This document shows positions 1-8,795 of a stretch of 64,000 nt of DNA, piece by piece. Source of the DNA: Verrucomicrobiota bacterium. GTDB taxonomy: Bacteria > Verrucomicrobiota > Kiritimatiellia > CAJWTS01. A program made the translations under genes and the position numbers. Under the pieces are notes generated by a model. The model searched no databases and had not been told where the DNA came from. It was given only the letters and a program-made list of their open reading frames with translations. The stretch is taken from assembly GCA_027623315.1 (NCBI GenBank), contig JAQBYD010000005.1, forward strand, positions 16,699-80,698. Reading direction: 5' to 3'. The stretch's first letter is position 1; each line of letters starts with the position of its first letter.

Positions 1-214
1 AGATGGTGCGTCCTCCTGCCAGGTAGCCGCGCAGAACGTCGTGTGCCGCCGCCAGTCCGGCGCGTGTGATCGCGTGATCGGGCCCGTAGAGGCCCATGTT
101 GCTCACGGACCGGCCGATCGACGCAACTAGCTCGACCGTCTTCTCTTCGCTGGCCTTGCGGATGGTTGGTTTCTGCTTCGGTCGGCTTGCGCCATCGGGT
201 GGAGCCATGGACAT
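1..214 (-). CDS. 5' part of a hypothetical protein, running off the window start
   Basis: Manual translation MSMAPPDG...SIGRSVSNMGLYGPDHAIT...; open to position 1; AAGGAAAG-like RBS upstream. Confidence 0.6.
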   Translation of the reverse strand, partial: MSMAPPDGASRPKQKPTIRKASEEKTVELVASIGRSVSNMGLYGPDHAITRAGLAAAHDVLRGYLAGGRTI

Positions 215-248
215 CTTTCCTTGTCACCGAGGGAGATAAACTAAAGTA

Positions 249-261
249 TTGACCCTGTCAA
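249..261. promoter_or_regulatory. TTGAC-N3-GTCAA palindrome between divergent genes (overlapping -35 boxes or an operator)
   Basis: Perfect dyad ttgaccctgtcaa in the intergenic region. Confidence 0.35.
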
Positions 262-342
262 ACGGCATGCTAGGAGACGCGGAGCTTGGAACCATTAACG
301 TCATAGCCCTGAAGCCGCAACCACAATAAGGAGAGCAATACC

Positions 343-942
343 ATGCAACGTTGGTCACTACTCATATCGGGAATCGCCTGTCTTGTGCTCATCTCTGGCT
401 GTGGCTGTCCTCGAAAGTCGAAGAAAGAAGACGATGCCGGGCCGGTAGCATCCAAAATTGCCGAAAAACTGATGGAGCATGCCATCAAGAAGAGTGCGGA
501 CGGGGACGCCGATGTTCAGATCAAGGACGGTAAGCTCCAGATCAAGACCGCGGAAGGGGAAACGACACTGGACTATGGCGAGGGCAAATTCGAAATCCAG
601 TCCGATGAGGGAAAGTTCTCGATGTTGTCCGGCGAGAACGCGAAGATTCCAGAGGGATTTCCGGATGAATTGCAACCTTACGACGGAGCCAAAGTTGTGC
701 AGGTGATCACGCACGAAAAAGGTGCGATGTTAGGCACGGAGACAGACGACTCCGCGGACGACGTCTTTGCGCATTACCAGGAGCGGTTCGTGGCGGATGG
801 ATGGACCGAACAGTCGAGCGTGAAGATGCCGGCGATGAAGATGCTGATCTATCAGAAGGACGACGCCACGGTGACGATCAACGTCGTGCCGTACGAGGGC
901 AAGACACGCGTACAGCAGACATTGACTCGCGACTTGCGCTGA
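343..942 (+). CDS. Putative lipoprotein, function unknown
   Basis: RBS AAGGAG; lipobox LISGC; C-terminal KIPEGFP..L.PYDGA / Y.ERF..DGW fold common in lipoproteins. Confidence 0.8.
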   Translation: MQRWSLLISGIACLVLISGCGCPRKSKKEDDAGPVASKIAEKLMEHAIKKSADGDADVQIKDGKLQIKTAEGETTLDYGEGKFEIQSDEGKFSMLSGENAKIPEGFPDELQPYDGAKVVQVITHEKGAMLGTETDDSADDVFAHYQERFVADGWTEQSSVKMPAMKMLIYQKDDATVTINVVPYEGKTRVQQTLTRDLR

Positions 943-1032
943 CGCGAAACTCCACGGTCAGCGGGGTTTCAGCCTGGGATAGAAGCGTGCGTTCTTCGGG
1001 AGATCTGAACCGCCTATCACCCCTCCTGGCGC

Positions 1033-1080
1033 GCATCGCAGGGGGTCACGTACACGAGTACAGATTCCCCCCTGCGATGC
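1033..1080. repeat. Inverted-repeat hairpin
   Basis: gcatcgcaggggg ... ccccctgcgatgc, 13-bp perfect arms. Confidence 0.7.
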
Positions 1081-1290
1081 ACACCATGAGAGGCAATCTG
1101 ACGATCCAAATTCCCGACCCTCCTGCGTCGGGCATCAGAACGCAAGCTTCGGGGGCCCCCGCCGCGCAGCGCGGCGGATCAGAAGGATGGATCAAAGGCT
1201 CACTGATGTATGATCCAGCCGAGCTTGCCGCGCGGCACGCGTGGGCACGACGCCGGAGGCGCGGCTGACCTGAAACTTCCCGGATTTTTG

Positions 1291-1495
1291 CCCACGAATC
1301 ACACGAATCTGCACGAATTTCCAGAGCGGAGAGATCGCGGATGGCGCGGATACTTTCGATATGGGGCAGTGCAAATCAGCGCGAGTTCGGCTCGCTCTGA
1401 TTTACACTCCCAAATCTTGGTTTGGCCTCTTTAGCAGTAATCCGCGCACATCCCGCCTGCCCCACGTGCGGCAAGGCTCCGCCGCGCCCGTGCGG
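1291..1495. repeat. Composite of 9-mer micro-repeats (cacgaatca) and a 40-bp REP-like element
   Basis: cccacgaatcacacgaatctgcacgaat at 1291; 1456-1495 matches 44293-44332 at 38/40 nt. Confidence 0.75.
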
Positions 1496-1501
1496 ACAGC
1501 C

Positions 1502-1888
1502 ATCCCCGATCCATGCGCGGAGCGCTACCGGGGTTTCTTCAGCTCGACGCGCTCCGCGGGGATTCGCGATACAGAAAGTGCGACCGGAAAACCAATCGCA
1601 CTCTCCGCATCCCCAATCCACGCGCGGAGCGCTACCGGGGTTTCAGCTCGACGCGCTCCGCGGGGATTCGCGATACAGAAAGTGCGACCAGAAACCCAAT
1701 CGCACTCTCCGGATCCCCAATCCACGCGCGGAGCGCTACCGGGGTTTCAGCTTGACGCGCTCCGCGGGGATTCGCGATACAGAAAGTGCGACCTGCGTCC
1801 GATCGCACTCTCTGAATCCCAAATCCTGCGGAGCAGCGGACGACCGGGGAAGCGCTCCGCGCGTGGATTGGGGAGCCGGAGAGTGCGA
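1502..1888. repeat. Array of four long palindromic units (three tandem at ~104-107 bp period, plus one inverted)
   Basis: Units 1502-1583 (partial), 1596-1687, 1700-1791 and reverse-orientation unit 1803-1888; ends TCGCACTCTC / GA(G/A)AGTGCGA; inner stem cgcggagcgc/gcgctccgcg. Confidence 0.95.
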
Positions 1889-1898
1889 TTGGGATGCC

Positions 1899-2672
1899 TT
1901 AACTCAGGCTGCTCGATAGGGCGAGGAGCATAGACACGATCTCTTCTAGGTGGCACTTTCCTTGGGCCGCCGTTGCCGGAGAAATCGTCGATCTGGTCAG
2001 CATCAGATCCAGACTTGTAGCGGCTTGCAGGCCTGAAGCCTGCGCGATCTCCAGAAAGCGAATTCGATCGGTCACGGAGAACTTCCCGTTGCCTTCCGCG
2101 ATGTTCAACACGATGCTCGTGCACTGGCGGTCGAGGTCCCGGCCGCGCGTCATTCCTACTGGTTCTGATTGCAGGAGAGCCGCGCTCCAGCTGACGAAGC
2201 GCAGTGCTGATTGGAATACCTGCAGCTTTTCGTGGGCAAAGATAAATTGTGAACCCGCATCATCGGATGCGCCATACGGCGCTGACGCTTCGCGCGCCTG
2301 CATCCCTTCGGCGCCTCGGAGACCAATCACCGTCGCGACTACCCGATCGAGGAGCGTTTTCCCTTCGAGAACGCGGCCCGGTTCAATGAGCCTCCAACAC
2401 GCAAGCACGTCCAAGCATGCCGCACACTCAAGTGCCGACCCGTACGATATATCGAAGGTTTGTGCCCGATCCGGTCCCTTCGGTTTCGCATTGGCGCGGA
2501 CGATATTGCGAGAGATGCTCTCAGAAGCGCGAAGCAGGTGGTCGCGCGCGGAAATCGCGGGTTGCAAGCCCTGAAGCCATGGCGCCGACCATCCGACAAA
2601 CTCAAGAGAGGACTGATAGGCATCGAGTTTCTCGTGATTAAACCAAGTCTCGGGCGGGACGTCAGGAGGCAT
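1899..2672 (-). CDS. Tandem double four-helix-bundle protein (23S rRNA IVS protein / bAvd-like family)
   Basis: Two homologous halves: FNHEKLDAYQ..SISRNIVRA..SYGSALECAACLD and FAHEKLQVFQ..SIVLNIAEGNGK..DRIRFLEIAQAS. Confidence 0.88.
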   Translation of the reverse strand: MPPDVPPETWFNHEKLDAYQSSLEFVGWSAPWLQGLQPAISARDHLLRASESISRNIVRANAKPKGPDRAQTFDISYGSALECAACLDVLACWRLIEPGRVLEGKTLLDRVVATVIGLRGAEGMQAREASAPYGASDDAGSQFIFAHEKLQVFQSALRFVSWSAALLQSEPVGMTRGRDLDRQCTSIVLNIAEGNGKFSVTDRIRFLEIAQASGLQAATSLDLMLTRSTISPATAAQGKCHLEEIVSMLLALSSSLS

Positions 2673-2713
2673 TGTCTAAGCCTATGTCCCGTGGCTCTTC
2701 TCGGCAAGTCGGA

Positions 2714-2851
2714 TCACGCTCCCCGAATTTCGAATCCTGCAGCTTGCCCACCGAAGCAATCCCGCGGCCGCGGGAGCGTAGGAGGGAGCAGCGGAGCAGC
2801 GGACAACCGGGGAAGCGCTCCGCGCGTAGATTGGGGATCCGGAGAGTGCGA
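2714..2851. repeat. Long palindromic unit carrying a nested small REP-like element (2745-2786)
   Basis: Same family and orientation as 1803-1888; the insert tgcccaccgaagc...gcgtaggaggg recurs at 30048-30089. Confidence 0.9.
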
Positions 2852-2873
2852 ACGGAGTTATTCTAGTTTCACC

Positions 2874-3401
2874 CTAAGACTCCGGCGACTCGACACTGAT
2901 ATCCACCATCAGATCCGCGCTGACCCGCTCGAGATCGTCGCGCAGATCATCCAGGGAGGTATCGGGCGCCGCACTGAGGCGCAGCTGTGCGGTGAATAGG
3001 GGACCCGCGCTCAAGGGCGCGCCGGCGCATTCCGAAACCAGCTCTTCGATGTTCGCGCCGTACGCGTGAATGGCCTGCGTGACCGAGCTGATAATACCCG
3101 GCTGATCGTGTCCCGTCAGGCCGATCTGGAGCGTCATCCGATTCGGCGACGCATCGGCCTCGCTCCCGGCATGAATCGTTATCGACAGCCCCTGGTCTTG
3201 CAGGTCGAGCAGGGCCTGCTTTAACCGGTCGGCCTCTTCGTCCGGACAGCGAGCCCTGAGGACACCCGCAAACTGACCCGAAAGGCTGGCCATGCGGCTC
3301 TCCTCCCAGTTGGCTGCGTGGGCCTCGATCACACCAGAAAGGGCCTCCACGATACCCTGCTGATCTTTACTCAGAACGGTCATGACGAGGGATACGCTCA
3401 T
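2874..3401 (-). CDS. gcvR: Glycine cleavage system regulator-like double ACT-domain protein
   Basis: DQQGIV..NWEESRMASLSGQFAG and GHDQPGII..NIEEL ACT motifs. Confidence 0.82.
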   Translation of the reverse strand: MSVSLVMTVLSKDQQGIVEALSGVIEAHAANWEESRMASLSGQFAGVLRARCPDEEADRLKQALLDLQDQGLSITIHAGSEADASPNRMTLQIGLTGHDQPGIISSVTQAIHAYGANIEELVSECAGAPLSAGPLFTAQLRLSAAPDTSLDDLRDDLERVSADLMVDISVESPES

Positions 3402-3694
3402 GGCCGAAACCTTTTGCCGCACGTCCAAAAGTGTAAAGCGGAGAAATTCGGGTCAGATTGCGTCCGAGGTCCTGTTTCGTTCACAGCGGGCCGCCTGCGA
3501 CCAAAGGTGGCTGCAGGTAACCAAATCTGCGGCTCAGCGATGATCCTCTCACCGCAGACGCGACGACTAATCCTAATAAACAGGCGAATTGGCCCCAATC
3601 CGAGCGCTTGGCACAGCCCATGCTAAATCCAAGGGGTAGGAAAATTGAGACGATCAGGGGCATCGGCCGAATACATAGACAAAGGAGCAGGACC

Positions 3695-4219
3695 ATGTGG
3701 CAAGAACATACAGAATGGAACGGATCCCGGCCTTCAGTTCTAGTCATGCATGAGGACGAGGTGATTCGCGACTCCTATAGTAGCGCGTTGCGCCAGCACG
3801 GCTGCTCAGTTCAGTCCGTCCGCGATGGCAGCGCGGCCCTATCTCTGCTCAAGCACAATGAGTTTGATGTACTGGTTACCGATCTTCACGAGTCGCGCGA
3901 CGAGGGGATCCAGTTCTTGCAGGAGACCCTGCGCGTCCGGCCATGGCTGGGCGTCGTCGTGCTTTCCAGCGGGTTTGACCGGCAGGTTCTGCCGAAGATC
4001 TACGAGTTGGGCTGCACCTGCGTCCTGGAGCGCCCGGTCGCACTTGCGACGCTTTGCCAGAGCGTGATCCACGAGGCGCGTGCCCGCAAAGAGTTGGAGT
4101 CCACGCACTATGGATTTATCGCGGACCGGTTGCCGGAGAAGCCGATGGTTATAGGCGGCGACATGGAAACCGATGGCGATACGATTCGATTCAATCTTCT
4201 CAGCGTCGCGGGTCTCTGA
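3695..4219 (+). CDS. Response regulator receiver-domain protein (atypical)
   Basis: RBS AAGGAG; VLVMHED..FDVLVTDL..GIQFL..VVVLS..ERP receiver pattern. Confidence 0.8.
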   Translation: MWQEHTEWNGSRPSVLVMHEDEVIRDSYSSALRQHGCSVQSVRDGSAALSLLKHNEFDVLVTDLHESRDEGIQFLQETLRVRPWLGVVVLSSGFDRQVLPKIYELGCTCVLERPVALATLCQSVIHEARARKELESTHYGFIADRLPEKPMVIGGDMETDGDTIRFNLLSVAGL

Positions 4220-4231
4220 CGCGACGACGTC

Positions 4232-4286
4232 AAAAAGGACGGTGTCAGCACACATGCCTTCGTGTGCGCTGACACCGTCCTTTTTT
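4232..4286 (+). terminator. Intrinsic terminator, likely bidirectional
   Basis: aaaaaggacggtgtcagc...gctgacaccgtcctttttt just after the stop codon. Confidence 0.85.
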
Positions 4287-4406
4287 ACTTGCGTTCACGG
4301 TCTGATCTGAACAGAGTTCCGAGCCTTAAATCCCACGGACGCCGTGACGATGGTGAGCCGGGCAGGTGGGAAGCATTAACAACACGCTTGGGACGGAGGG
4401 AAGACG

Positions 4407-5573
4407 ATGGCCGACAAGGAACTCGCATTCACACTGATCAATCCGGCTACGCTGGCAAAATCTCGAAGCGGCGGCATCATCGCGCGCTACATGAGCCGAA
4501 CCGGCCTGGAATTGGTCGGCGCGCGCATGTTTGCCCCGGGCAAGGCCCTGGCTAGTGCGTATGCAGCCCTGGCTGGCCGTGATGGGTTTTACCCCGCCCG
4601 CACCGCAAAGCGGATGTCTGAATATATTCGCACGCAGTATGCCCCGGACGCGCAGAGCGGGCGACCCCGCCGCGTGATGATGCTCCTTTTCGAGGGCAAG
4701 GACGCCGTTCGAAAAGTCAGCGCCGCGACCGGTAACCCCCAGACGGCATGGAAGTCGGGTGACACCATTCGCGGGACTTTCGGAGATCTGGTCACGGACG
4801 CCAAGGGTCGGGACGTCTACTTCGAGCCGGCGGTGCTGGTCGGACCGGACGTGCGCAAGACTCGCGAGGTGCTCAAGCTGTGGAGTGCGCACTCGCAGCG
4901 CGACGGTGGCATTGTCGATCACGCCGGGGACGTGCCGCGGGGCAAGGGGGTGCAGTCGACGCTGGTGATGCTCAAGCCAGACAACTTTCGCTTCCCGAAT
5001 CTGCGCGCCGGCCAGATCATCGATGTCCTGTCCCGCTCGGGACTTCACATTGTCGGCGCCAAGAAATTCTCGATGACGGTCGCGCAGGCCGAGGAATTCT
5101 ACGGTCCGGTTCGTGCTGTTTTGCGGGACAAGCTTTCGGGCCGTTTCGGGGAGCAGGCGCGCGAGATCCTCGAGAAAGAACTTGGGTATGCCATCCCGCA
5201 CAAGGCGGCGCAGACGCTCACCCGTTTGGTCGGACCACTCGGCGCCGATAATCAATTTGAAGCGATTGTAGAATTCATGACCGGTTATCGTCCGTCCGAG
5301 GTGGATCCGGATCGCAAGACCACGCTGGGCAAGGAACACGAGCTTGCGCTGATCTACCGGGGACCCAATGCGGTGCCGGTCATTCGCGACATCCTGGGAC
5401 CGACCGATCCGTCCAAAGCGCCGGTCGGAACCGTGCGCAAGGAATTCGGCAAGAACATCATGGTCAATGCCACCCACGCCTCCGATTCAACCCGCAATTC
5501 GGCGCGCGAGATCAAGATTCTGAATGTTGCGGAAGACACCATCAGCCCGCTGGTGAATAAGTATTATCGGTAG
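4407..5573 (+). CDS. ndk: Nucleoside diphosphate kinase, long two-domain form
   Basis: TLVMLKPD, LGPTDP.KAP.GTVR.EFG...NATHASDS; a second NDK-like N-terminal domain (TIRGTFG). Confidence 0.9.
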   Translation: MADKELAFTLINPATLAKSRSGGIIARYMSRTGLELVGARMFAPGKALASAYAALAGRDGFYPARTAKRMSEYIRTQYAPDAQSGRPRRVMMLLFEGKDAVRKVSAATGNPQTAWKSGDTIRGTFGDLVTDAKGRDVYFEPAVLVGPDVRKTREVLKLWSAHSQRDGGIVDHAGDVPRGKGVQSTLVMLKPDNFRFPNLRAGQIIDVLSRSGLHIVGAKKFSMTVAQAEEFYGPVRAVLRDKLSGRFGEQAREILEKELGYAIPHKAAQTLTRLVGPLGADNQFEAIVEFMTGYRPSEVDPDRKTTLGKEHELALIYRGPNAVPVIRDILGPTDPSKAPVGTVRKEFGKNIMVNATHASDSTRNSAREIKILNVAEDTISPLVNKYYR

Positions 5574-5583
5574 CCGGGCATGC

Positions 5584-5958
5584 GTGGCGGGTGGCGAGTG
5601 GCAAGTGGCGAGTGGCGAGTGGTTTTACGACCCGCATACGATCCGGATCGAGCAAAGCTCTCTCGCGTGTTCGTAGCACTGCCGTTCGCTAACAAGCGTT
5701 ACCGACCGACCTGCCGGTCCCGTCCTGATTCCGGGTTGTCACTTCTTCGCCGGCCTCTGGCAGCACCCAAGCGTCAATTAAGGCGGCGTGGGGGCACGCC
5801 GTCTCCACGCCGCGTTTAGCAATCGATGATTATCCGAGGGTTTGGACCGATCGGTATCTCCGACTGGGGCATGGAGACGGGGTGCCCTCACCCCGCACAC
5901 CGTGAGTGACAACCTATTTCAGTACGGGACCCGCCCACTCCCCACCTGCCACTCCCCC
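5584..5958. repeat. Heptamer (gtggcga)n array with a degenerate inverted partner, enclosing an inner REP-like inverted pair
   Basis: Heptamers 5584-5622, complementary tract 5930-5958; inner inverted repeat 5788-5811 / 5868-5891 (21/24). Confidence 0.75.
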
Positions 5959-5966
5959 CTCCGGTC

Positions 5967-7238
5967 TCAGTCCCGCGCGAGAGCGACGCGAAGCACGCAG
6001 ATCGCGAGCAGCTCCATGGCCTGGCGGATTTCCTCGAGTGAAGGCAGGCTTGGCGAAATCCGAATGTTGCGGTCACGTGGGTCTTTGCCGTATGGAAACG
6101 TCGCGCCCGCCTTGGTCATTTTGACGCCGGCTGCATCGGCCATCGTGCAGACCTCCGCCGCGCATCCGTCCGGCGTGTCCAGGCTCGTGAAGTAACCGCC
6201 GGTCGGTCGGCTCCAGGACGCAACGTCGTAGGCGCGCAGCTCGCGCTCGAGGACCTCATCGACCGCGTCGAATTTCGGCTTGATGATCGTGGCATGCTGC
6301 TGCATGTGTGCGCGCACGCCGTGCATGTCCTGGAAGAACAGGAGATGACGCTGTTGATTGATCTTGTCCGGGCCAATCGCCTGGATCGACATGTTCTTCT
6401 TCACGGCGGCGATATTCGCGGCGCTGCCGCCGATCATGGCGACCCCGCTTCCGGCGAAGGTGACTTTGGATGTGGAGCCGAACAGAAAGACGCGATCCGG
6501 ATTCGCGGCGTCCTTGCAGGCCTGAAGAATACTCGCCAGTTCGTCGGGCGTGTCGGTGAGATGGTGCACCGTGTATGCATTGTCCCAGAAGATACGGAAG
6601 TCGGGCGCCGCGCAGTTCATCGCGGCCAAGCGGTGCACCACGGCATCCGAGTAGGTTTCGCCGGTGGGGTTGCTGTACTTCGGAACACACCAGATGCCCT
6701 TTATGGAGGGATCGTTGGCTACCAGGGACTCGACCTGGTCCATGTCGGGACCTTCACCGGTCAGATCCACCACGATCATCTCGATCCCGAAGTGCTCGCA
6801 GATGCTGAAGTGACGATCGTAACCCGGGCATGGGCAGAGGAACTTGATCGGACCGCACTGGCTCCACGGTTTGTCGCCGCCGGGGACGCCCAGCAGCAGT
6901 GCATTGGCGACCGTGTCGTGCATCAGGGTTAAGCTCGCGTTCGAGTGAACGATGATTTCGTCGGTTCCGACCTCCAGGAAGTCGGCAAAGAGTTGAAGCA
7001 CCTCGTCCGTGCCGCCGAGATTCCCGTAGTTGCGCGTGTCCACGCCGCCGGCCGTTTTGGTGCGGGTCTCGTCGACCAGTGTCAGCATCGGGTTGGCGAG
7101 ATCGAGTTGCGCCGGGCAGGGCTTGCCGCGCGTCATGTCAAGGCTCAGTCCCTGCGCTTTGAAGGTCTCGTATCGTTCGGCCAGTTGCTCGGTGAGTGCG
7201 CGGCGCGCTTCGGAATCCATCGATGCTAGTGTCGGCAT
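5967..7238 (-). CDS. PLP-dependent class I/II aminotransferase (putative aspartate aminotransferase)
   Basis: LDMTRGKP, PGYDRHF, VPKYSNPTG, FWDNAY, STSKVTFAG motifs. Confidence 0.9.
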   Translation of the reverse strand: MPTLASMDSEARRALTEQLAERYETFKAQGLSLDMTRGKPCPAQLDLANPMLTLVDETRTKTAGGVDTRNYGNLGGTDEVLQLFADFLEVGTDEIIVHSNASLTLMHDTVANALLLGVPGGDKPWSQCGPIKFLCPCPGYDRHFSICEHFGIEMIVVDLTGEGPDMDQVESLVANDPSIKGIWCVPKYSNPTGETYSDAVVHRLAAMNCAAPDFRIFWDNAYTVHHLTDTPDELASILQACKDAANPDRVFLFGSTSKVTFAGSGVAMIGGSAANIAAVKKNMSIQAIGPDKINQQRHLLFFQDMHGVRAHMQQHATIIKPKFDAVDEVLERELRAYDVASWSRPTGGYFTSLDTPDGCAAEVCTMADAAGVKMTKAGATFPYGKDPRDRNIRISPSLPSLEEIRQAMELLAICVLRVALARD

Positions 7239-7293
7239 GTCTCTCTCTATTTCTCCGTGGGGCTGGTTGAAGCCCCGTAATTTGTTGCGGGTA

Positions 7294-7375
7294 TGGGCGG
7301 AGGGGGACTCGAACCCCCATGCCTCGCGGCACAAGATCCTAAATCTTGCGTGTCTGCCAATTTCACCATCCGCCC
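7294..7375 (-). tRNA. tRNA-Leu (TAG)
   Basis: GGGCGGA acceptor stem; CAAGA-TT-TAG-GA-TCTTG anticodon arm; variable arm; GTTCGAGTC. Confidence 0.95.
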
Positions 7376-7746
7376 AGCGGAATCCGTTTTCACATTAGGC
7401 AGGTCGAATCGCTTGGGCAAATGTTTTTGTGGAGGGTTGCAAACCCGCCTTCCGTACGAAAGAAAAGAAGAGAGACCGCGCATGCTTTCGATAGCCGTAA
7501 TCCGCGCCCACGTGAGTGGCGTAGCCCGTATCAGCGTTGTCACACTTTCACCACAACGTGGCTCACGCCATCCGCGTCATCCGCGGTTCTATATCTGTCT
7601 GTATTCGCGAAGATTAGCGTTTCTCAGCAGATTCCCTCGACGAGGGAGCTGGGGAAGCGGTCAGACCGAGTGCCGTGGGCTGAGCAGGCAATTGGGGCCC
7701 CTGCCGTCTTGAATCATGGCTGGGCAAAGGTTACAAATGCTGCTCC

Positions 7747-8718
7747 ATGGAACCCATTTCGCGAGCCAAAGAAGTTATTGAGCTGGAGATTGCCGGGCTG
7801 CGCCGCGTGTGCGACACGTTGGGCGAGTCGTTCGAGACCGCAATCGAGGCGATCGAAGAGCGGCTGCGGCAGGGCGGCAAGGTGGTCGTCACGGGCATTG
7901 GCAAGAATCTGCACATCGCCCAGAAGATTTCAGGAACGCTGAGCAGCACCGGTACCCCCAGCGTGGTGCTCGACGTGCAGCAGGCGATGCACGGCGACCT
8001 TGGGATGCTGGCCGCGCATGATGTGATGCTGGCGCTGAGTTATAGTGGCGAATCCGAGGAATTGATGGAGTTGCTGCCCCGTGTGCGCGAATTCGGGGTC
8101 CTACTGATTGCCCTGACCGGCGTGCCGCAGAGCGCCATCGGGACGATGAGCGACACGGTGGTTTCAGTCGCGATCGACAGGGAGGCCTGCCCGTTCAATA
8201 TGGCGCCGACGGTTAGCACCACGGCGACCCTGGCGGTCGGTGACGCCTTGGCTATGGTCTTGCTCGACCGGCGCGATTTCACGCAGCAGGACTACGCGCA
8301 TCTACACCCCGGCGGCGCGATAGGGCGCACCCTGCTGTTGCGCATCCGCGACTTTATGCGTACCGGCGATCGGCTTGCGCGCGTGACATCGGGGCAGACC
8401 GTGCGCGACGCGGTGGTGGCGATGACCCGTGCCCGGTCGGGCTCGGCGGGGATCGTGGACGCGGACGGGGTGTTGTTGGGACTCTTTACGGACGGGGACT
8501 TGCGGCGGCATCTCTTTGACAGCCAGAACGTGCTTGAGCTTACGGTGGATGAGGTCATGACGCGTGATCCGGTGACCCTCGGCGCGGACGAGCGCGCGGC
8601 GGATGTCTTCGCGGCCTACGCCGTGAACGAGATCGACGATCTGCCGGTCGTCGATGAAGCAGGCCACCTCGTCGGCCTGATCGATATCCAGCAGCTCCCG
8701 AAGCTCAAGATCCTATAG
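7747..8718 (+). CDS. kdsD: Arabinose-5-phosphate isomerase, KpsF/GutQ family (SIS + CBS domains)
   Basis: TGIGK, HGDLG, EACPFNMAPT, HPGGAIG, GLFTDGDLRR. Confidence 0.92.
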   Translation: MEPISRAKEVIELEIAGLRRVCDTLGESFETAIEAIEERLRQGGKVVVTGIGKNLHIAQKISGTLSSTGTPSVVLDVQQAMHGDLGMLAAHDVMLALSYSGESEELMELLPRVREFGVLLIALTGVPQSAIGTMSDTVVSVAIDREACPFNMAPTVSTTATLAVGDALAMVLLDRRDFTQQDYAHLHPGGAIGRTLLLRIRDFMRTGDRLARVTSGQTVRDAVVAMTRARSGSAGIVDADGVLLGLFTDGDLRRHLFDSQNVLELTVDEVMTRDPVTLGADERAADVFAAYAVNEIDDLPVVDEAGHLVGLIDIQQLPKLKIL

Positions 8719-8795
8719 AGGAAAAACCGCGTCATTCGCGGTCAGAATCCGAGGGTCTCGAGGATCCAGGGCTCCAAGATTTTGGGCCCACGGTG

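Noticed and set aside
1361-1933. ORFs across the repeat arrays (also 29322-30149)
   Set aside because: They are translations of DNA repeats, open in several frames, with no protein-like features.
1502-2851. Diversity-generating retroelement suggested by the bAvd-like protein
   Set aside because: No reverse transcriptase, and no TR/VR pair with adenine-specific mismatches was seen.
1803-2851. Integron cassette with attC sites
   Set aside because: The units lack RYYYAAC/GTTRRRY cores, and the only tyrosine recombinase looks like housekeeping XerD.
7239-7334. N-terminal extension of the aminotransferase ORF
   Set aside because: It overlaps tRNA-Leu; the likely start is ATG 7238.
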